40,385 nucleotides of DNA, taken from NCBI RefSeq assembly GCF_001194135.2, contig NC_068984.1:62909532-62949916 (forward strand). The letters run 5' to 3'. Shown one piece after another: positions 35,024 to 40,385 of the stretch. The translations under genes and the position numbers were made by a program. Under the pieces are notes generated by a model. The model worked only from the letters and a program-made list of their open reading frames with translations, did no database searches and was not told where the DNA came from. The stretch is from Octopus bimaculoides (taxonomy: Eukaryota). Position 1 is the first letter of the stretch. Each line of letters begins with the position of its first letter.

Positions 35024-37350
35024 CAGACACTGAACACATATTACGAAAGTTATCTTGAATACAATATAAAACTAAAACGGGAATGAATATTTCATTGTAC
35101 GTACCCAAAGCGCACAAAGCTGCGTTCAGTTATATAGAGAAAACGATAAGAAAATTAAATAATTGAAATAAGAAAACATTAAAATTTAGTAATTGAACAA
35201 AATTTCATAAAATATTCATATTGTGGCAATTACTTTCATGAAACATCCAGCTAATTAGTGCTTTTCAGTGATATTTTATAAAGAATACATTGCATTTTAA
35301 AATACGTTCTATTAATTTTAATTTGTTAATTAGTTTTTAATCATTTTTGTTAATTAGTGATAAGTATATGTGTAGTGATTGTACTGTTTTACTTTATTTC
35401 ACTTATTTTCTTTACATTTCTAAAGCTGTCCTTTATGTATTTATGTTTTATTAGCCTAAAATTCATGAAAGAGTAAATCCTTGCCATGAGCTAGAATAAA
35501 ATATATCTAATTTGCTCTGTGAATGAATATTTTTGAAAAATGAACGAAAATTAATGATTTAAAAGTTAAAAAAAAAACAACATAAGATTAGAATATTTAA
35601 GAGATTGATAAATCCAATATTTTTTATGAAGTTGCTCAAGTTTCAATAAACTAGTGTTAATTAATCTCCAGGATATGCATCAGTTTATTGTATATAACAA
35701 GCATTCAAAGATAAGCGGGTACTAATTTTTCTATTTCGCATAACGATGGATATAACAGAATGATGCTTAACGGTATTAATTCCAAATTAACGTCTTTAGA
35801 CTATTAATTTGACTATTCACTATTTCAGTACTGTAATGAAGTTGAAAATCTACTCCTGTAAATTCGTTCTAACAGATACCGAACTCCACAAGGTCAAAGT
35901 CAGTTTGTCATCAATATACATTTAATGATATAACAGGAGAAAAGTATCGGAATACACTAATTACAACTTCTGTCTTCTCAGTTACAATAAGTCCATGAAA
36001 ATTTGCCAAAGATCATCGTTAATTATAACCATTTCATTCTACAAGGATGTCTAATCTCTTTTCATGTTTTTAATACATCGAAATCTAGCAATTCTTGACT
36101 TTCACTTCAGAGGATGATGATTGTAAAATATAACTGAATAACACATTCACTTTATTGGCATCAATATATATATTCTATTGGATTAATGGAGAAGATTGCT
36201 GGCCCTTGTTCTTCGGTAAGCATGGTGAAGTAAGATACATTTCAGATGAATGCATTAATGTCGATAACGTCAATTTCAAACAGGCAGTTTAAGACAGTGG
36301 TTCAACAAGGCCTTGGCGGCGAAGATCCCAAAATGAATATATTTTGCAGTATGGTATGACAATGTAAGAAATGAACAGCGCAATACTTTAACTCAGGTGT
36401 TGCTTCTCTTATGTTAATATTACAGTCTCAAACGTTAGATTAAATCCCACTCACTATGAAGGATAACTTTCGAAGTCCTGATGGTTTTATTTTGCCAAGC
36501 GTTAGACATAACTCCACGTTCGTTTCTCATTTACCGATAATTTTCTCCCACACTAATACTTGGAAAATTTTTTCATGGAGTATAGAAGCTCAAAATCTGC
36601 AATGCAGTTTCATTTAAAATTTCAAATAAAAAGGTCTTTCAACAAAAAAGTTACTCCTTGAAAAGTACGAATTTCTCATCATACTATTGTCAGTTCCTTA
36701 CAACTACAGTGTCTTGTATTTAGTCAAGCATGTCTAATACCGAGTCATCTTTTAACTATTATGTGAAACAAGGCTCTCCACATTAATGCTTATGATGTGA
36801 CCACATTCGCTGAAATGAAATTTTCATTCATACATTCATGGCATAGTTGTGTTATTATTAATGGATTTTTATATCAATTATGATCTTTTACTTTTACATA
36901 TTTATGGAGGATTTTATCAGGGTTTAGGCATCCAGTAGTTGTTTATAGTCATGTGCTAAATTCTATGTAAACAAAGATTTTGGGGGATTTGCTTTTTATC
37001 TATATCGAGGCTTCTATATCTAAATAGTGTACTGCTAGTAACACGAGTGTAGTTTTGCTCATCTTGTAACAACTGACACCTACAAAATATTCATTTACAT
37101 TAGATGGCCTTTGAGAAGACTAAATATTACACTAGCTACTCTTTCCAATCACATAGAATATAACTTCTGAGACTTATTATGTCGGTGGGGCTTTGTAAAA
37201 CATGTTTCAAGACAATGAAGAGATAGCAAGATTTAATATTAGATTTTGCGGCTCTGCTGACCTTGCAACCAAGATGAACTAATAGCAATGTGAATTCGCT
37301 AATATTGAATTCTCAGTATCTCTTATGTTTTGGATAATATCTTATTTAAA

Positions 37351-38500
37351 CAGTGTTGCGAAATGGAATTGACATTTTAGTGCTAGATGTCAACAAAAGC
37401 AGTAAAATTGTGAAAATGCCAAATAAAAATATTATTGCTACTTATGTTAAGGCATATAAAAAATTTATTTATTAATATATTTGAATCAAACTCTATCTAT
37501 TCTCTTTAACTCATGGAATCCTTCAGGAGTTCCAGGTATTGCTGCCGTTTTTCTTAGTTATATATGTTGCCATTTCACACATTCTATTGCGTGTTCTTTC
37601 AGGTAAACAATAATGCTTTGCAGCATTTATCAAGCCGTTTCAGGTCATATTTTCAGTGAGAATAGCTTGAAGTTTTCAAAGAATGTTGGAACTTATTTCT
37701 TAATTTGGTTTTCACAATATTCATGCTGTTGAATAATCTTTCTACCTCGAGATGTGATGGAAAATGATATTCAGATATTTAGTGCAAATGATGCAACATC
37801 TATAAAAGGATTTTCTCCACTAGAATTTCGTAGTAAAAAGAAGTATAGTCAAAAATTTTTATTTAGCTTATTGTGTGCCGATTTAAGTTAATGAATACTT
37901 TTCTACTGTAATTCAACACTTTTTTTTAACCGTCTCATTTAATATCGTAACTTCAAAGAGAGAAATATTCGACTCTTATATGTCTCAACGGATTTTCGAC
38001 ATTAAAAAAATGTTTACTAAAACTCATTATGTTAATATTTTCTTCACGTCATTTTCTAACTTCCAAAGTTAGGTACAATACATTGAGAATTTTCCTCTTA
38101 TTTTTTTATTCCGCATTTTTATACCCTTGCCTACAATCTTTGCTTCATTGCTCTCACACTTGTACAAAATATTAATATTAGGATCTAAAACTTTATTCTC
38201 AATTTTATTTCAAACCAAGTGATTATTTTTCATTTGTTGGTAGTACTAAAGTATTTATTCGAAATTATTTGGATCAAATGAGAAATTCGTGCGAATAACT
38301 TATTTTATCTTAGACAATTTGATGTTCTCGATATGCTTTTAAATTTGGTTGAAAATTTGAAGCCAACATAAAGCATATTCGTTTAATCACAATATTTTAC
38401 ATGTGGAGAGGTAAAGCGTTTGTCTATCATACTCATAATTTTAACTTAAATTTTCTGTTAGGTAGTTGATTCAAAATTTTATCATGACAGTATCAACAAT
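37351..38500 (-). mobile_element. hAT-family transposase remnant (C-terminal dimerization domain) with a candidate terminus at 37351
   Basis: Minus frames: NSSGENPFIDVASFALNI, VERLFNSMNIVKTKLRNK (37745-37692; hAT (S/N)A..ER.FS motif), LKRLDKCCK, and weaker upstream DP..N..LVLPT-like blocks. CAGTGTTGCG at 37351 is a hAT-like end; the partner end was not found. Confidence 0.7.
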
Positions 38501-38749
38501 GTCTTAGTTTTGAACAGCTGTTTATGAACTTAAATAGATTATTTTTCATTCCCAATANNNNNNNNNNNNNNNNNNNNNNNNNNNNNNNNNNNNNNNNNNN
38601 NNNNNNNNNNNNNNNNNNNNNNNNNNNNNNNNNNNNNNNNNNNNNNNNNNNNNNNNNNNNNNNNNNNNNNNNNNNNNNNNNNNNNNNNNNNNNNNNNNNN
38701 NNNNNNNNNNNNNNNNNNNNNNNNNNNNNNNNNNNNNNNNNNNNNNNNN

Positions 38750-38868
38750 AGAGACAAAGAGAGAGAGAAAGAGAGAGTGAGAGAGGGAGGGAGGGAGGGA
38801 GTGAGTGAGTGAGTGAGTGAGAGAGAAAGAGAGAGACAAAGAGAGAGAGAAAGAGAGAGTGAGAGAGG
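38750..38868. repeat. (GA)n/(GAGG)n/(GAGT)n purine-rich low-complexity tract
   Basis: Directly visible next to a gap. Confidence 0.95.
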
Positions 38869-39964
38869 CACTTGTCGTTGTATGTTTACAATGGTATACA
38901 GTCTTGCTTTGTTTTGAATTTTAAGGGGTTTATATTCCGAACTTAGGGATTTAACAAATAGACTTTGAAATAGGCAATGGCTCGATACGAATGACTACAG
39001 ACAATAAAGTGGTGCACCAACATGTCCTCAGTCTATGATTCTCGTAAAATTATGTGACATTTTTAGGTATATTAACGAATCTAAATACATATTTTAATAA
39101 GTAATTAAAGCTATTTTCCCTATATTAAAAACAAATATAATTTTCTTTAGAGCCTGGCAGAAGCAAAAATAACTTTTTCATGAAGTATTAAAATGTTATA
39201 ACGTATCAAAGCATTAAAATTTGTTCACATAATTTAAAAAGAATGAAAGAAAATATTTACAACTTTTTCAAATAAGCATTGAATTGTTTACAATTTCCCT
39301 TTGCATAACATATTTTACAATTCAAAATAACATAGGCATATACATATATAAAATTTAACATCAATGGTTTAAGCAACACAGGTTTTATCTAACATATTGA
39401 GGTAAATAATTTATTTCCACATATTTTCTCTTTTTAGGGTTATTTACAATAAAGTTCTAGGAAAAACTAAATAGTAAAATAAAATATTATAACGATAAAA
39501 TTGATATTAAACATTCGTAAATTTACTTGGTACTATTTCTTATGGTTTACATATGTGTACTTAATATTCAGAAATGAGCTAGTGTTTCTCTGTGTATTCT
39601 TGTATTCTTTTACTTGTTACGTGTATTTAACTGCAGCCATTATGCGACAGCGCCTTAATAGGTTAAGTCAATAACATCTACCATAGTTCTTACACTTAAG
39701 TCTAGCACTTTTGTTCCACAAGCGTATATTGCTGTAGCACTAAGGAACAGAAACAAACCAATAGTGGATTTCAAAAATAAAAAATAAATAACACAATCGT
39801 ATATGCAGACAGATAAACACTTATTTATCAATGAAAATTTCTTGAATGTTATCAAGTGAACTAGAAATTGAAACAACACGCATTAAACAGAAAACTGTAG
39901 AGCGATTATACTTCACCAATGCAAAAATTGTGAATATATATTTAAATATTTAAGTAAAATATGG

Positions 39965-40085
39965 TTTTCGAAAGAGCTTCTTTCAACCAAATGCCTTCGT
40001 AAGCAATCGGTTACACCTACAACCTAGTGGGAATGAAATCAAATCCGCGTGGTTACTAAATCAGCTTGATAAACAGAACAGCCTA
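39965..40085 (-). mobile_element. Old family 1 SINE 5' fragment
   Basis: TAGTGGGAATGAAATCAAATCCGCGTGGTT...CAGCC resembles the plus-strand image of the SINE head at 23395-23460. Confidence 0.4.
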
Positions 40086-40385
40086 CACACACATACACAC
40101 ACACACAGAGGTACACGTTCCTACTCACTAATATTAAATACATATATATGTATGTATGCATTCATGTATACATGATGGATTCTCCCGTCAGGAACGTCAA
40201 ATAGGAGTGCAGTAATCATGTTTTCTATACACGAATGTGTCTTTTTAGGCCTGGAGGTGCCTTGCAAACCGTTTGGCAAATGGAACAAGTTGAGGACTCA
40301 TTTTCTTCTCGATATTCAGTCAAATAAAATTATTCATGTTTGTACACCAGGTTACCTGCAGTCTAATGAAAAAAACACACAAAAT

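Noticed and set aside
21151-40350. Phase 1-1 micro-exon candidates on plus: 21151-21195 (KRYKFCLACTIIDF), 27257-27286 (VGMNIELQK), 40249-40350 (LEVPCKPFGKWNKLRTHF...)
   Set aside because: Splice-like sites are common by chance, two donors are weak, and the joined peptide is unrecognisable.
1-40385. CRISPR arrays, prokaryotic operons, rRNA or true tRNA genes
   Set aside because: No regularly spaced repeat-spacer array and no long ORFs. The tRNA-like boxes occur only as SINE heads.

Overview
AT-rich eukaryotic draft-assembly window with 10 N-gaps (712-908, 2290-2461, 2829-2928, 3291-3589, 4678-5348, 6552-6749, 9211-9220, 21404-21548, 31794-32061, 38558-38749), mostly flanked by microsatellites. 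The SINE families resemble those I recall from octopus (coleoid cephalopod); this is an inference, not a database result. I find no intact protein-coding gene, rRNA, tRNA or CRISPR array, and most ORF-track entries are microsatellite or gap artefacts. The window reads as intergenic or intronic DNA layered with decayed mobile elements: a 5'-truncated Helitron with an intact 3' end (6763-9090), RTE LINE remnants, a Penelope-like GIY-YIG remnant, a hAT transposase remnant, a mariner MITE, foldback elements and tRNA-type SINEs. Two observations stand out. (1) Several dispersed, individually mutated hammerhead-ribozyme motifs, some with the palindromic stem III typical of Penelope-type minimal hammerheads. 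(2) A 3-kb chain at 23.0-26.0 kb of six retroelements joined by trinucleotide microsatellites, including two R4/Dong-like RLE LINE tails truncated where their codons match the microsatellite and two copies of a (TAA)n-flanked ~550-bp non-coding element. All alignments were done by eye.
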